The position numbers and the translations under genes are program-made. This document shows positions 50,706 to 60,867 of a stretch of 64,000 nucleotides of DNA, piece after piece (positions within the stretch are counted from its first letter, which is position 1; every line of letters begins with the position of its first letter). This stretch comes from a bacterium (GTDB taxonomy: Bacteria; JAGOBX01; DAONJL01). The stretch is taken from contig DAONJL010000011.1 in the NCBI GenBank assembly GCA_035405645.1, positions 37 through 64,036 of the forward strand, in the 5' to 3' direction. A model generated the notes under the pieces. It did not search any database. It was not told the origin of the DNA and saw nothing but the letters and a program-made list of their open reading frames with translations.

Positions 50706-51842
50706 ATGGAATTTGAATTAGATACAATAAATAATACAAAAGTTTTAATAGTTGAGGATAATGAAAATAATATTCGAGTTTTGGAAAGAGCAATTGAGAG
50801 ATATAACTTTAAAATAATAATTGCTAAAGATGGTAAAAAAGGAATTGAATTAGCTTTAAATGAGATGCCTGATTTAATTTTACTTGATTTAATGTTACCT
50901 GAATTGAATGGGTTTGAGGTTTGTAAAGAATTAAAAAATAATCCAAAGACAATCGATATACCAATAATAATCATCTCTGCTAAAAGCAATATTGAAGATA
51001 TTGTGCAGGGCTTAAATCTTGGGGCTAATGATTATATAACAAAACCTTTTGCGGCTGAAATTGTTCGTGCTCGTATTCGAACTGCTTTAAGATTGAAAAC
51101 ATTAAATGATGAGTTAAAAGAAAAGAATAAAAAATTAGCAGAATTAAATGATATAAAAGAACAGTTTATTTCTATGGCTGCTCATGATATAAAGAATAAT
51201 TTAACTGGTATTTTAGGTCATTGTTATTTGTTAAATATGAAGGGTGTAGAATTACCTGAACATATTGCTAAATCAATTGATATAATTAGAAAACGTAGTG
51301 AAAAAATTGCACATTTAGTTGCTAATTTACTTGATTTAACTAAAATTGAAACTGGTAATTTACGATTAAATATTTCAAAATTTGATATTGAACTTTTTTT
51401 AAGAAAATATTTCGAAGATATAAAATTATTATATAAAAATGAAAATGTAAATTTTTATCTTGAAATAATTGATAAAATTGGAGAAGTTGAAATTGATATT
51501 GAAAAAATTGATGAAGTTTTAACTAATTTAATTAATAATGCAATTAAATTTAATAAGCCAGATGGTTCAGTGAAAATCCGTTTGGAAAAATATTCTGAAA
51601 ATAAATTTAAAATTTCTGTTATTGATACTGGTGTTGGTATTGATAAAAAAGATATTGATAAATTATTTACTAAATTTACTCAATTAAAACAACAACATGC
51701 ATTTAAAACTTCTTTTAAAGGTAGCGGGCTTGGTTTAAATATTGTTAAGTGTATTATAGAAGCACATAAAGGACAGATTGGTGTAATTAGTGAATTAAAT
51801 AAAGGTTCTGAATTTTATTTTATTCTTCCTATTTCACAATAA
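50706..51842 (+). CDS. Hybrid receiver-histidine kinase (REC-HisKA-HATPase), cytoplasmic
   Basis: REC domain (VLIVEDNENN..LILLDLMLPELNG..ITKPF), H-box SMAAHDIKNNL, N-box LINNAIKFNKPDG, and G-boxes IDTGVGID / GSGLGLNIV. No TM or sensor domain. Confidence 0.75.
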   Translation: MEFELDTINNTKVLIVEDNENNIRVLERAIERYNFKIIIAKDGKKGIELALNEMPDLILLDLMLPELNGFEVCKELKNNPKTIDIPIIIISAKSNIEDIVQGLNLGANDYITKPFAAEIVRARIRTALRLKTLNDELKEKNKKLAELNDIKEQFISMAAHDIKNNLTGILGHCYLLNMKGVELPEHIAKSIDIIRKRSEKIAHLVANLLDLTKIETGNLRLNISKFDIELFLRKYFEDIKLLYKNENVNFYLEIIDKIGEVEIDIEKIDEVLTNLINNAIKFNKPDGSVKIRLEKYSENKFKISVIDTGVGIDKKDIDKLFTKFTQLKQQHAFKTSFKGSGLGLNIVKCIIEAHKGQIGVISELNKGSEFYFILPISQ

Positions 51843-51865
51843 TTTTTTATTTTTTTTAGAACATA

Positions 51866-52621
51866 CTATTTCATTCTTTTGGCTTTACAAATTAATATAT
51901 AGCCATTGAACTTAAAAAAGAAATTTAATATTTCTTCAAAATTTTTCATTATTTTAAATAATATTTTTTTTATAAAATGAGGTAAATTATAAGAAAATAT
52001 TGGCGGTGGTAAAAAACAACATGATGAAATATAATTAATTTCAAAGCCATTTTTATTTAATAATTCAATAAGAGAATTTTTAGTAGACCATTCATCATAA
52101 GGATGTTTGGTTTTTAATTTTAATATTTTTTTTCGAACATATTTTTCTATTCCATATAAACTTATTTTATTTGGCGTGGTTATTATTATTTCACCTTCGT
52201 TTTTTAACACTTGTCGAAATTCATTTAAAAGTATTCTATTGTTTTCAATATGTTCTATAACTTCACTACATATTATTTTATTAAATGTATTCTTTTTAAA
52301 TGGTAATTTTTGAAGATTACAATTTATTAAATACAAATTTTTTTCTTTTGTTATTTTTGTTTTGGCATCAAATAACATTTGAAAAGATAAATCTACACCA
52401 ATAATTTTAAAATTTTTTATTGTTGATGAAAATACTAATAATTCAGTAGTATTGCCACATCCTGCATTTAATATTATATCATTTTCTTTTATATTTAATA
52501 ATTTTTTTATCCAATTGTTTTTTGTTGTTTGTTCATATTTTATTATTAAATCTTTTGAAAATTTTATATTTCGCTGTTTTACCTGTTTATCAAAAAATTT
52601 TTTTAACTTTTCTTCATTCAT
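51866..52621 (-). CDS. Class I SAM-dependent methyltransferase
   Basis: Motif I ILNAGCGNTTELL and post-I IIGVDLS. 251 aa. Confidence 0.6.
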   Translation of the reverse strand: MNEEKLKKFFDKQVKQRNIKFSKDLIIKYEQTTKNNWIKKLLNIKENDIILNAGCGNTTELLVFSSTIKNFKIIGVDLSFQMLFDAKTKITKEKNLYLINCNLQKLPFKKNTFNKIICSEVIEHIENNRILLNEFRQVLKNEGEIIITTPNKISLYGIEKYVRKKILKLKTKHPYDEWSTKNSLIELLNKNGFEINYISSCCFLPPPIFSYNLPHFIKKILFKIMKNFEEILNFFFKFNGYILICKAKRMK

Positions 52622-54444
52622 TTTATATTTTCTAATTCGTAATTTAATAAAAATATTGTTTCATTAAGATACTTTAAAGGATATGTAAATGAATTTTTAT
52701 TTTTTTCAAAAATTTTTTTACTTAATTCAAATTCATATTCTGCTCGCTTTTGAAGTTCCTTTGCTTTTGTTTGATTTTCTATGATTTGTGCCAATAATAA
52801 TTTTGGTGCTGGTAAAAATGGTTCTATTTTTAATAATTTTTTTATTAGATATTCTTTGTATAAAATATTTTTTTCATTTAATGCCATAAAAAATAAAGAA
52901 CTCACATATACTGGATTTTTTTCTAATGATTTTTCTAAATAATATTTTATTGTCTTGTAATCATTCGGATTATTAAAACGATAAATTGCAACTGCTAAAT
53001 TAAAGAAATAAAAATAATTATCATTTTCAAGTTCTGTGCTTATTTCTAAATTTCGTATTAAATTCTTTCTCTCTTCTATTGTCTGTTTTTTAAAAAAATA
53101 TATTTGTTTTAATAATGCTATTCGTTGATATTGTTCAGCATCTATTGGATTAATTTTTCTATGTAATTCATATAAATTCAATGCTTCTAAATAATTTCCT
53201 TTTTTTTCTTCTTTAAATGCTTTTATATATATAACATCTGTAATTTTAAAATATAGAAAAATTATAAAAAGTATCATAGCAAATAATTTTAAATAAATGG
53301 CTGATACATAATAATTTTTTGTATTAAATAATTTATTTAGCGTTATAAAATACAAAATTAATATTGTTTGATTAATTAAAAAAATATTCATTTCAACAAT
53401 TGAATGTAATAATATAAAAATTATTATTGATTTAAGAATAATTAATTTTTTATAAGTGAAAGATAAATTGAAAGAAATGAAAATAAGATAGAAAATAATT
53501 GAACTGAAAATAATTCCTGTATAAATAATTAAATATAAATAACCATTATGTGGCGATTCGGGTATTTTTGCATAATTAAAAAAACCATTAAAAACTTTTA
53601 ATGGAAATTTTGTAATTTGATTTTGAAAATTTGAGACACCTAAAAAATAATTTTCTGAGATTATTTTACTGCAATTTAACCAGATATTAATTCTTTGAAA
53701 AGAATATGGTTCATAAGATTTTTTAAATTTAATATAACTCATTGTAAGAAATAATAGAATTAATATTATGAAAAAAAACAAATATGTTTTTTGCGAAAAA
53801 AATTTTTTGAATAAAAAGTAAGATATTAAAATTGATAGTGAAATTAAAACACCTTTTGAATTTAAAAATATTAGTGATAAAGCAATAATAACAAATAAAA
53901 AGAAAAAAATAATTTTTTGATAATTATTTTTACAATACGAAAATATAAAAATTGCTGAAATAAAACCAATTGCTATTTGTGATGATGTAATGTTTGCATT
54001 TGAAAAATTAAAATATATACGATTAAAATATTTATTAAATAGTAAAATGATTAATGCTAAAATTCCTGAATATAAAAAATTTAATAAATAAATTCCTTTT
54101 AAAAAGAATAGTAATTTTGAAGTTTTAATTGATGCTAATATAAAAAAAATAATAAGTATTAAATATGAAGTTATAATTTTGTAAATGTTATTTATTTGAA
54201 AAAATTTTTGTTCAAATGATATATATGTTATAAGTAAAGTTAAAATAACAATTAAAAATAAGAAGTAAGAATTTATAAAGATATAATCTTTATAAAATAT
54301 AAGGAGAAAAATCAAAGCAATAAAAGCAATTAATAAAGAAGAATTAATAGTAAATACGCCAGACCAAAAAATTAAGGAATAAAAAAAATAAATTAGAAAA
54401 ATTTTTGGTTTAAGATAAATTTTTATTTCAGATTTTTTAAACAT
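52618..54444 (-). CDS. O-antigen ligase-family (Wzy_C) polytopic membrane protein fused to C-terminal TPR repeats
   Basis: About 12 TM helices, the Wzy_C-like motif ESPHNGYLYLIIYTG, and about 180 aa of TPR-like repeats at the C-terminus. Confidence 0.5.
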   Translation of the reverse strand: MFKKSEIKIYLKPKIFLIYFFYSLIFWSGVFTINSSLLIAFIALIFLLIFYKDYIFINSYFLFLIVILTLLITYISFEQKFFQINNIYKIITSYLILIIFFILASIKTSKLLFFLKGIYLLNFLYSGILALIILLFNKYFNRIYFNFSNANITSSQIAIGFISAIFIFSYCKNNYQKIIFFFLFVIIALSLIFLNSKGVLISLSILISYFLFKKFFSQKTYLFFFIILILLFLTMSYIKFKKSYEPYSFQRINIWLNCSKIISENYFLGVSNFQNQITKFPLKVFNGFFNYAKIPESPHNGYLYLIIYTGIIFSSIIFYLIFISFNLSFTYKKLIILKSIIIFILLHSIVEMNIFLINQTILILYFITLNKLFNTKNYYVSAIYLKLFAMILFIIFLYFKITDVIYIKAFKEEKKGNYLEALNLYELHRKINPIDAEQYQRIALLKQIYFFKKQTIEERKNLIRNLEISTELENDNYFYFFNLAVAIYRFNNPNDYKTIKYYLEKSLEKNPVYVSSLFFMALNEKNILYKEYLIKKLLKIEPFLPAPKLLLAQIIENQTKAKELQKRAEYEFELSKKIFEKNKNSFTYPLKYLNETIFLLNYELENIK

Positions 54445-54453
54445 AAGATTAGA

Positions 54454-54630
54454 TTAAATATTAAGATTATGTGTTATTCGCCAGGAATTTGCAAATTTAT
54501 ATATCCACTCTAATGCTGCTTGTTCGATTGATATATTATAATTATTTGTTTTTAATAGATTGTAATATTCAATTATCTGTTTCCTTTGATTTTCCATATC
54601 CTGTATAAAAATATCTTTTTCTGGACTCAT
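54454..54630 (-). CDS. Unannotated small ORF (58 aa), hypothetical
   Basis: Non-low-complexity ORF MSPEKDIFIQDMENQRKQIIEYYNLLKTNNYNISIEQAALEWIYKFANSWRITHNLNI in an otherwise empty 314-bp gap. No clear SD. Confidence 0.2.
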   Translation of the reverse strand: MSPEKDIFIQDMENQRKQIIEYYNLLKTNNYNISIEQAALEWIYKFANSWRITHNLNI

Positions 54631-54758
54631 AATATTTTTAAAATTTTTTGATTTATCTTTATTTATATTATCGGCAAAAAATACTAAAAAATAAATAATT
54701 TTTTTATGAAATGAAATAAGATAATTTATAAAAATGCAAGTGCTGACTATTAAATATT

Positions 54759-55559
54759 TTATTTCACATTTATAAAAGGAACTGAATTAGAACCCATAAA
54801 TTGCGGTAATTTACCATCCCATTTTTCAAGTGCGCGTAATTGTAAAACCTGTGGATTATCTCTTAATGCTTGTGCTTCTATTCTTATTGCTTCTGCTTTT
54901 CCTTTTGCTTCTGCTACTTTTTGTTCTGCTTCAAATTTTACCTGTTCTAATTTGTTTTTTGCTGCTAATGCCTGTTGCTCTGCTGTTACTTTATTTTCAA
55001 TTGCTTCATTAAAAGCACGACTAAATTCAAAATTAACAATATTAAATTCGTCAATTGCAAGACCTCGGGGTTCTAATCGTTCTTTTAATAAGAATTTTAT
55101 TTTTTCTTTTACTATCTCTCGTTTGGTTATTAATTCTTCTGCTGTAAATAATGCAGTTGATGCTTTTACTGCTTCCTGCAATGCAGGGTCTATTATTCGG
55201 TTCTTGTAATCAATTCCAACTTCTTGATATATCTTTGCAACTTTATCTGGCATTATATGAAAATTTAATGCTACTACTGATGAGATTGTTTGCAAATCTT
55301 TTGAAGCAGCATTTGCACTTACCTGTTCTTTTTGTATCTTTATATCTATTTTTTTTACCTGTTCGATGAATGGTATATAAAAATAAAGTCCTTCATTTAA
55401 TATCTTACCAGTTACAGCATTAAATCTTAATAATACTCCTCGCTCACCAGCACCTACTGTTCCAAATGGTGCAAATATAAAAAATAAAATGATAATAATA
55501 ATAAGATAAAAAATAAATTTAAAAAATTGCTTTGGTAAAAAATTTATATCATTATTCAT
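54759..55559 (-). CDS. SPFH/Band-7 (prohibitin/HflC-like) membrane protein
   Basis: N-terminal TM helix, SPFH core (GERGVLLRFNAVTGKILNEGLYFYIPFIEQV), a C-terminal coiled coil, and SD AGGAGG. Confidence 0.7.
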   Translation of the reverse strand: MNNDINFLPKQFFKFIFYLIIIIILFFIFAPFGTVGAGERGVLLRFNAVTGKILNEGLYFYIPFIEQVKKIDIKIQKEQVSANAASKDLQTISSVVALNFHIMPDKVAKIYQEVGIDYKNRIIDPALQEAVKASTALFTAEELITKREIVKEKIKFLLKERLEPRGLAIDEFNIVNFEFSRAFNEAIENKVTAEQQALAAKNKLEQVKFEAEQKVAEAKGKAEAIRIEAQALRDNPQVLQLRALEKWDGKLPQFMGSNSVPFINVK

Positions 55560-55660
55560 TTTTTTAATCCTCCTTTATTTTTATTTATTTTATTTAAAAA
55601 GAAATATTTGTCAAATAAAAACTTGACAAAAATATAATAAAATATTTATAAAATAAAAAT

Positions 55661-56494
55661 ATGAATAAAAAATTTTTATTTCTACTTTTAATTTTTTTAT
55701 ATTTGATAAATACAAAAATATTTGCTCTAAAAATATTTTTGAAAAAAGGAACAATCATTCCAAAAACAAGAATAGTTACTGATAAAAGAATTTTTCCTGA
55801 ACAAAAAAATGTTATTGAAATTGAAGCAGTTTTTGGTTCTTCTTATGGTAGAACTATAATAGATAAAGATGAAATAACAGATATAAAAATTGAAGATGAG
55901 AATATTATTCAACCAGTTATAATTGAAGCAAAAAATAATATTATATTTGATAATCCATTCATTCTTGAAAAACAAAAAAAAACAAAATTAATACTACCAT
56001 ATACAACATTAACTACTGATTCAAATGCAATTATAAATATTGGTTTAGATGATATACCAGCATTTAAAATATTACCTTTAACTAAGATATATTTTGATTT
56101 TGAAATTAAAGGGATAAAAAATAGATATGTTAAAAAAGATGAAAGTGAAGAAGTAGAAGATGAAATAAAAGAAAAATATAATATTACTTTATTAGAAGGT
56201 GAAATAATTGGTCTTGCTAATGAAAATGGTTTGCCTGATGGTTTTGATATTTTCTTTCCAAATAAATGTTCAGTTAAAATTATCTCAGAATCATTTTATT
56301 TAAAATTTACATCTGAAAAATTAATTATTGCTGTTGGTATAGGTTCTATTGTTTTTACTGATGAATCAACACAATCAGTTACAATTGAAAGTGGTAAATT
56401 AGCAGAAGTTAATTTTAATAAAGAAGAATATATTGTTATAAATAGTATTGAAAAAAATCAAACAATAAAAAATAAAATTCAAATAAAGAATTAA
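55661..56494 (+). CDS. Hypothetical secreted protein
   Basis: Signal peptide (MNKKFLFLLLIFLYLINTKIFA). No recognised domain. Confidence 0.4.
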   Translation: MNKKFLFLLLIFLYLINTKIFALKIFLKKGTIIPKTRIVTDKRIFPEQKNVIEIEAVFGSSYGRTIIDKDEITDIKIEDENIIQPVIIEAKNNIIFDNPFILEKQKKTKLILPYTTLTTDSNAIINIGLDDIPAFKILPLTKIYFDFEIKGIKNRYVKKDESEEVEDEIKEKYNITLLEGEIIGLANENGLPDGFDIFFPNKCSVKIISESFYLKFTSEKLIIAVGIGSIVFTDESTQSVTIESGKLAEVNFNKEEYIVINSIEKNQTIKNKIQIKN

Positions 56495-56508
56495 TAATTG
56501 TAAATAGA

Positions 56509-58296
56509 TTATTTAAACTCTATTTTTCTATCAGGATTTTCTAACATTTTTTTTATCTGTGCAAGATTATGTTTTATTTCAAAAGAATCTGGTTTTAATT
56601 TTAATGCTTCATTCCAATAATATTCTGCCTTAATAAAATCTTTTTCTAAAAAATAAATTATACCTAATTTAAAAAAAGCATTAAAACTGAAATCATTTGA
56701 ATTTATTATTTTTTCAAAATAATATTTTGCTTTTGCATAATTTGAATTATCAAAATAAATTGATGCTACTTTGAAAATAATATTTTGATTCTGTGGATAA
56801 TATTCTATACATTTTTCCAACCAATTTAAATAATTATTAATATCATTTTTTTCTTTATAAATATTTGCAATTGTTAATATTGCTTCTTCTGGGGCATAAT
56901 ATTTTATTGCTTCAAAATAATATTGCAGTGCTTTATCATATTCTTTTATATCTCGAAAATATGCACCTATATTTGCATATGCAAGAGCTAAATCTGCTTC
57001 TTTATTTAAACCTTGTGGTTTATAACTAAATGAAAAATAATAAGTTATTATTCCAATAATAAAAATAATAACAATTTTTTTTATCTCAATTTTTTTTATA
57101 AATTCAAAAATATTTATTAAACCTACACCAGCAAATATAGTTAAAAATACTATTACTGGTATTCTAAATCTTGAAATAACATAAATTCCTATAACACTGA
57201 ATGAATATAAAATTATATAAGAAATTAAAATCCATAAATAGATATTTTTTTTATATTTAGCAAAAGAAAAAAAGAATCCAATAAAAGATAAAATAAAAAT
57301 TATACCAGAATTAACAAAAGAGAAATTTAATAGTGATGAAAAATTTTTTTTTGTAAAATAAAAATTATAATTATTTGGAATTTCATAATTGTTTAAAAAG
57401 CCAAGAAATTTATTTAATTGTAATTTTAAAAAATTGATTGGATTATCTTTATAAAGTTTTAATATTGCAAATGCAGCACTAATCAGTGATTTATTATTAT
57501 TTGCAATTTGCTGTGCACTTGATAATTCTACCCATCCTAATCCATTTGATTCTGGCACATTACCAGCCGCAAACTCATAAACACCTTTTGAACTTATTTT
57601 GAATAATGGTGCATTTGATAAGTAATTTCTAATAATTAAAATTGAGTAAATAAAGCAAAAGCCAATAATAAAAGAAATAAATTTTTTTTTGTTTTTTAGA
57701 AAAAAGATTATTATTAAAACAGGAAAAAAAATAAAAAAATTTTCACGAGTTAAAATTGCTAATCCAAATAATATTCCAGTTAAAAAAGAATATTTTAAAT
57801 TTTTATTTTTTAGCGCAAGAATAAAAAATAATATTGTTAGATTATTTAGCAAAACTACTAAAAATTCACGTAAAATTAATGTATTATAAAATATTGAGAT
57901 TCCATTGAAGCACAAAATAATAGTAGAAGCAATAGCATATTTTTTATTATTAAAGACATATAATGAAATAAAATAAATAATTATGATATTAAATGAACCA
58001 AAAAGAATTTGAACAAATTTTATGAAAAATAAATTATTAAAGATTATAATTAAAATTGCTAAAAAATAATAATAAAGAGGTGATTGTAAATATGTGCCAT
58101 TAGCCCCAAGAATATTTTTATTTACAATATCAACAGCAGCATAATAAAAACCAGGTGAATCAGTAATTTTAATAAATGAATAAAATGTTGGGTCATTATT
58201 TTTAAATTGTAGTAAAATGCATAATTGAAAAATTAAATAAAAAACAAAAATAAAAGTTAATAATTTATTTTGTTTGAAAAATTGAATTTTATGCAT
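56509..58296 (-). CDS. GT-C fold glycosyltransferase (PMT_2 / ArnT-like, GT39/GT83 type) fused to C-terminal TPR repeats
   Basis: About 11 TM helices with an N-proximal DSPGFYY loop motif, followed by 4-5 TPR repeats (AYANIGAYFRDIKEYDKALQYYFEAI..). Confidence 0.5.
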   Translation of the reverse strand: MHKIQFFKQNKLLTFIFVFYLIFQLCILLQFKNNDPTFYSFIKITDSPGFYYAAVDIVNKNILGANGTYLQSPLYYYFLAILIIIFNNLFFIKFVQILFGSFNIIIIYFISLYVFNNKKYAIASTIILCFNGISIFYNTLILREFLVVLLNNLTILFFILALKNKNLKYSFLTGILFGLAILTRENFFIFFPVLIIIFFLKNKKKFISFIIGFCFIYSILIIRNYLSNAPLFKISSKGVYEFAAGNVPESNGLGWVELSSAQQIANNNKSLISAAFAILKLYKDNPINFLKLQLNKFLGFLNNYEIPNNYNFYFTKKNFSSLLNFSFVNSGIIFILSFIGFFFSFAKYKKNIYLWILISYIILYSFSVIGIYVISRFRIPVIVFLTIFAGVGLINIFEFIKKIEIKKIVIIFIIGIITYYFSFSYKPQGLNKEADLALAYANIGAYFRDIKEYDKALQYYFEAIKYYAPEEAILTIANIYKEKNDINNYLNWLEKCIEYYPQNQNIIFKVASIYFDNSNYAKAKYYFEKIINSNDFSFNAFFKLGIIYFLEKDFIKAEYYWNEALKLKPDSFEIKHNLAQIKKMLENPDRKIEFK

Positions 58297-59447
58297 TATA
58301 TATTTGCTTTATAAAAACTAATTAAATTGTTAATTGTATTATTCCAGTTAAAATTTGCTTTTACAAAATCGTAAGAATAATTTATTATTTCTTCTTTTAG
58401 ATTTTTTGTATTTAACAACAAGAAAATTTTTTCTGCAAGTTCTTTATAATTTTCATTTTCAAATAACAATCCTGTTTTATTATTTTCAATTAAATATGGT
58501 ATAGCAGAATTATTCATTGCAATAACAGGTAATTTAAATGCCATTGCTTCAATAATAACAATACCAAATGCTTCATATCTACTTGGTAAAACTAATAAAT
58601 CTGAGATAGAATATAAATATTTTAATTCTGAATAAATTATATCTTTATAAATAACAATATTTTTCAGATTGAACTGATTTATAATTTTTTTAATTTCATA
58701 TTCAAAGCCAAAATCTTCACCTGCTAAAATAACAACATAATCATTTATTTTTTCTTTTAATAAATTTATTGCATTTAATAATATATCAATGCCTTTGCCA
58801 TAGCATAATCTACCAGCAAATAATATTTTGAATTTATATTTATTTAAAATATTAAATTTATTTATATTAACTTCATTCATATTTATTCTGGTAAAATCAT
58901 CGTCAAGCGATGGTGGAATGATGATAAATTTTTTAATTGCAGGGAAAAATTTTAAGAATGAATTTTTTTCATATTCGGAAATAAAAATAATTCCATTTGC
59001 AATTGATATAAATTTGCAAATTATTGAAAAATATAATTTATTATTTTTAGCATTATTTATATCAAAAATTGGAGTGCAAAAAAATGGCTTATTTTTTAAT
59101 AATGAAATAAATTTTGTTGCAAAAGCAGGGAAATAGTGTATGCAATAAGTATGAAAAATATCATAGTTAGATTTCAATAAATAAAAAAGCATATCAAAAG
59201 AAATATGATATGTTGAGTGTGGAATATGAATTGTCTTTGAACGAATAATTTGATAATTTTTTTTATAGTTTTGTAATTCATCTTTTTTAAATTTAAGATT
59301 ATTTATATGTTGTCGTAAGTTAGTTGTTATAATTTTGATTTTATAATTTTTATTACATAATCTATCAGCAATATTTTCAATATATAATTCAGCCCCACCA
59401 ATAGCAGGTGGAAATCGAATTGTTGTTTTTAGAATTGAAAAATCCAT
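58296..59447 (-). CDS. Family 4 (GT-B) glycosyltransferase
   Basis: C-terminal GT4 signature EAFGIVIIEAMAFKLPVIAMNNSAIPYLIENNKTGLLFE. 383 aa. Confidence 0.7.
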   Translation of the reverse strand: MDFSILKTTIRFPPAIGGAELYIENIADRLCNKNYKIKIITTNLRQHINNLKFKKDELQNYKKNYQIIRSKTIHIPHSTYHISFDMLFYLLKSNYDIFHTYCIHYFPAFATKFISLLKNKPFFCTPIFDINNAKNNKLYFSIICKFISIANGIIFISEYEKNSFLKFFPAIKKFIIIPPSLDDDFTRINMNEVNINKFNILNKYKFKILFAGRLCYGKGIDILLNAINLLKEKINDYVVILAGEDFGFEYEIKKIINQFNLKNIVIYKDIIYSELKYLYSISDLLVLPSRYEAFGIVIIEAMAFKLPVIAMNNSAIPYLIENNKTGLLFENENYKELAEKIFLLLNTKNLKEEIINYSYDFVKANFNWNNTINNLISFYKANI

Positions 59448-59451
59448 AATT

Positions 59452-60867
59452 TTAAATTTTTTTTCTATGATGTTTTGGCAAATAACCTAATTCACTACGA
59501 TATTTTGTTACTGTTCTTCTCTCTATTTTAAATCCTTTTTGATTTAGTATTTTCCATATTTCCGTATCTGATAAAGGTTTATTTTTATTTTCATTTTCAA
59601 TTAATTCTTTTATTTTTTCTAAGATTATATTTCTTGAAATAACTTCTGATGTATTGCTCATTAACATACTCGAAGAAAAAAAGAATTTAAAACTGAAAAT
59701 TCCATAAGGTGTTTCAATATATTTATTTGAAATTGCTCGACTTATTGTTGATTCATTAAGATTTAATTTTTGTGCTATTTCTTTTAATGTTAGTGGCTTT
59801 AACTTCATTTTATCGCCTGTTTCAAAAAATTCTTTTTGTGCATTTAATATTTCATTTGTTACTTTATAAATTGTTGTTGAACGATTATATATTGCTTTAA
59901 TTAATAAAATTGCAGAATCATATTTTTTGTGAAGAAAATTTTTTAAATTTTCATCATTTGTATTTAGGTATTTATTATAATAATTTTTATTTATTTTTAA
60001 TTTTGGAATTCGTTCATCATTTATTATTATAACCCACTCATTGCTCACTTTATTTACTGTTACATCAGGTTCAATATAAATATCTTCATTGATTTTCCCA
60101 AAGTTTTGAACTGGTATTGGATGTAATGTTTTTATTAAATTATCTGCATCTTTAAATTCTTCTTCTGTTATTTCTAATGTTTTGATGATTTTATCAAATT
60201 TTTTTGTTATATACTCTTCATAGAAATTTTTTAGTATTTCATAAGCAAGAGTATCAGTTAACTTTTTTTTTTCTAGTTGAAATAATAAACATTCTTGTGG
60301 TGTTTTTGTTCCCACTCCCTCTGGTTCTAATTCCTGTATCTTTTTTAAAACTTCCTTAACTTTTTCTTCACTTATTTGAAAATACGATGCTATATTCGTT
60401 TCACTATCTTTAAAAAAACCATTATCATCAAGAGAAGAAATAATTGTTAAAGCAATTGCATTTTCTATTTCATTAAAATTTAGATATTTTATTTGTTCTA
60501 ATAAATAATCCTGCAAAGAAATTTCATAAGTAACAACTTTTTCAATTACTTCACCTGCATCATTTTCATCATTATTTTGTGATAATGTAATATAACCAAT
60601 ATCAGTACCATCATCATAATATTGCTCAATTTCATCTTCTGTTAAATTTAATACCGTATCTTCATTCTTAAACTCATTCTCATTATATTCAGAATCATCA
60701 TTTGTATCAATTTCTAATAATGGATTTTCTTCGAGTTCAGTTTCTATTTTTTGATTTAGTTCTAATATATTTGCCTGTAAAATTTCAAGTGAGTAAATAA
60801 TTGTTGGACTTAATATTTGCCTTAATTCTAATTTTTGTGATTGTTCTGTTATTAATTTTTGTTCCAT
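59452..60867 (-). CDS. rpoN: RNA polymerase sigma-54 factor
   Basis: Gln/Leu-rich region I (ITEQSQKLELRQILSPTI), an acidic region II, and a C-terminal HTH with the RpoN box ERRTVTKYRSELG. Confidence 0.85.
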   Translation of the reverse strand: MEQKLITEQSQKLELRQILSPTIIYSLEILQANILELNQKIETELEENPLLEIDTNDDSEYNENEFKNEDTVLNLTEDEIEQYYDDGTDIGYITLSQNNDENDAGEVIEKVVTYEISLQDYLLEQIKYLNFNEIENAIALTIISSLDDNGFFKDSETNIASYFQISEEKVKEVLKKIQELEPEGVGTKTPQECLLFQLEKKKLTDTLAYEILKNFYEEYITKKFDKIIKTLEITEEEFKDADNLIKTLHPIPVQNFGKINEDIYIEPDVTVNKVSNEWVIIINDERIPKLKINKNYYNKYLNTNDENLKNFLHKKYDSAILLIKAIYNRSTTIYKVTNEILNAQKEFFETGDKMKLKPLTLKEIAQKLNLNESTISRAISNKYIETPYGIFSFKFFFSSSMLMSNTSEVISRNIILEKIKELIENENKNKPLSDTEIWKILNQKGFKIERRTVTKYRSELGYLPKHHRKKI

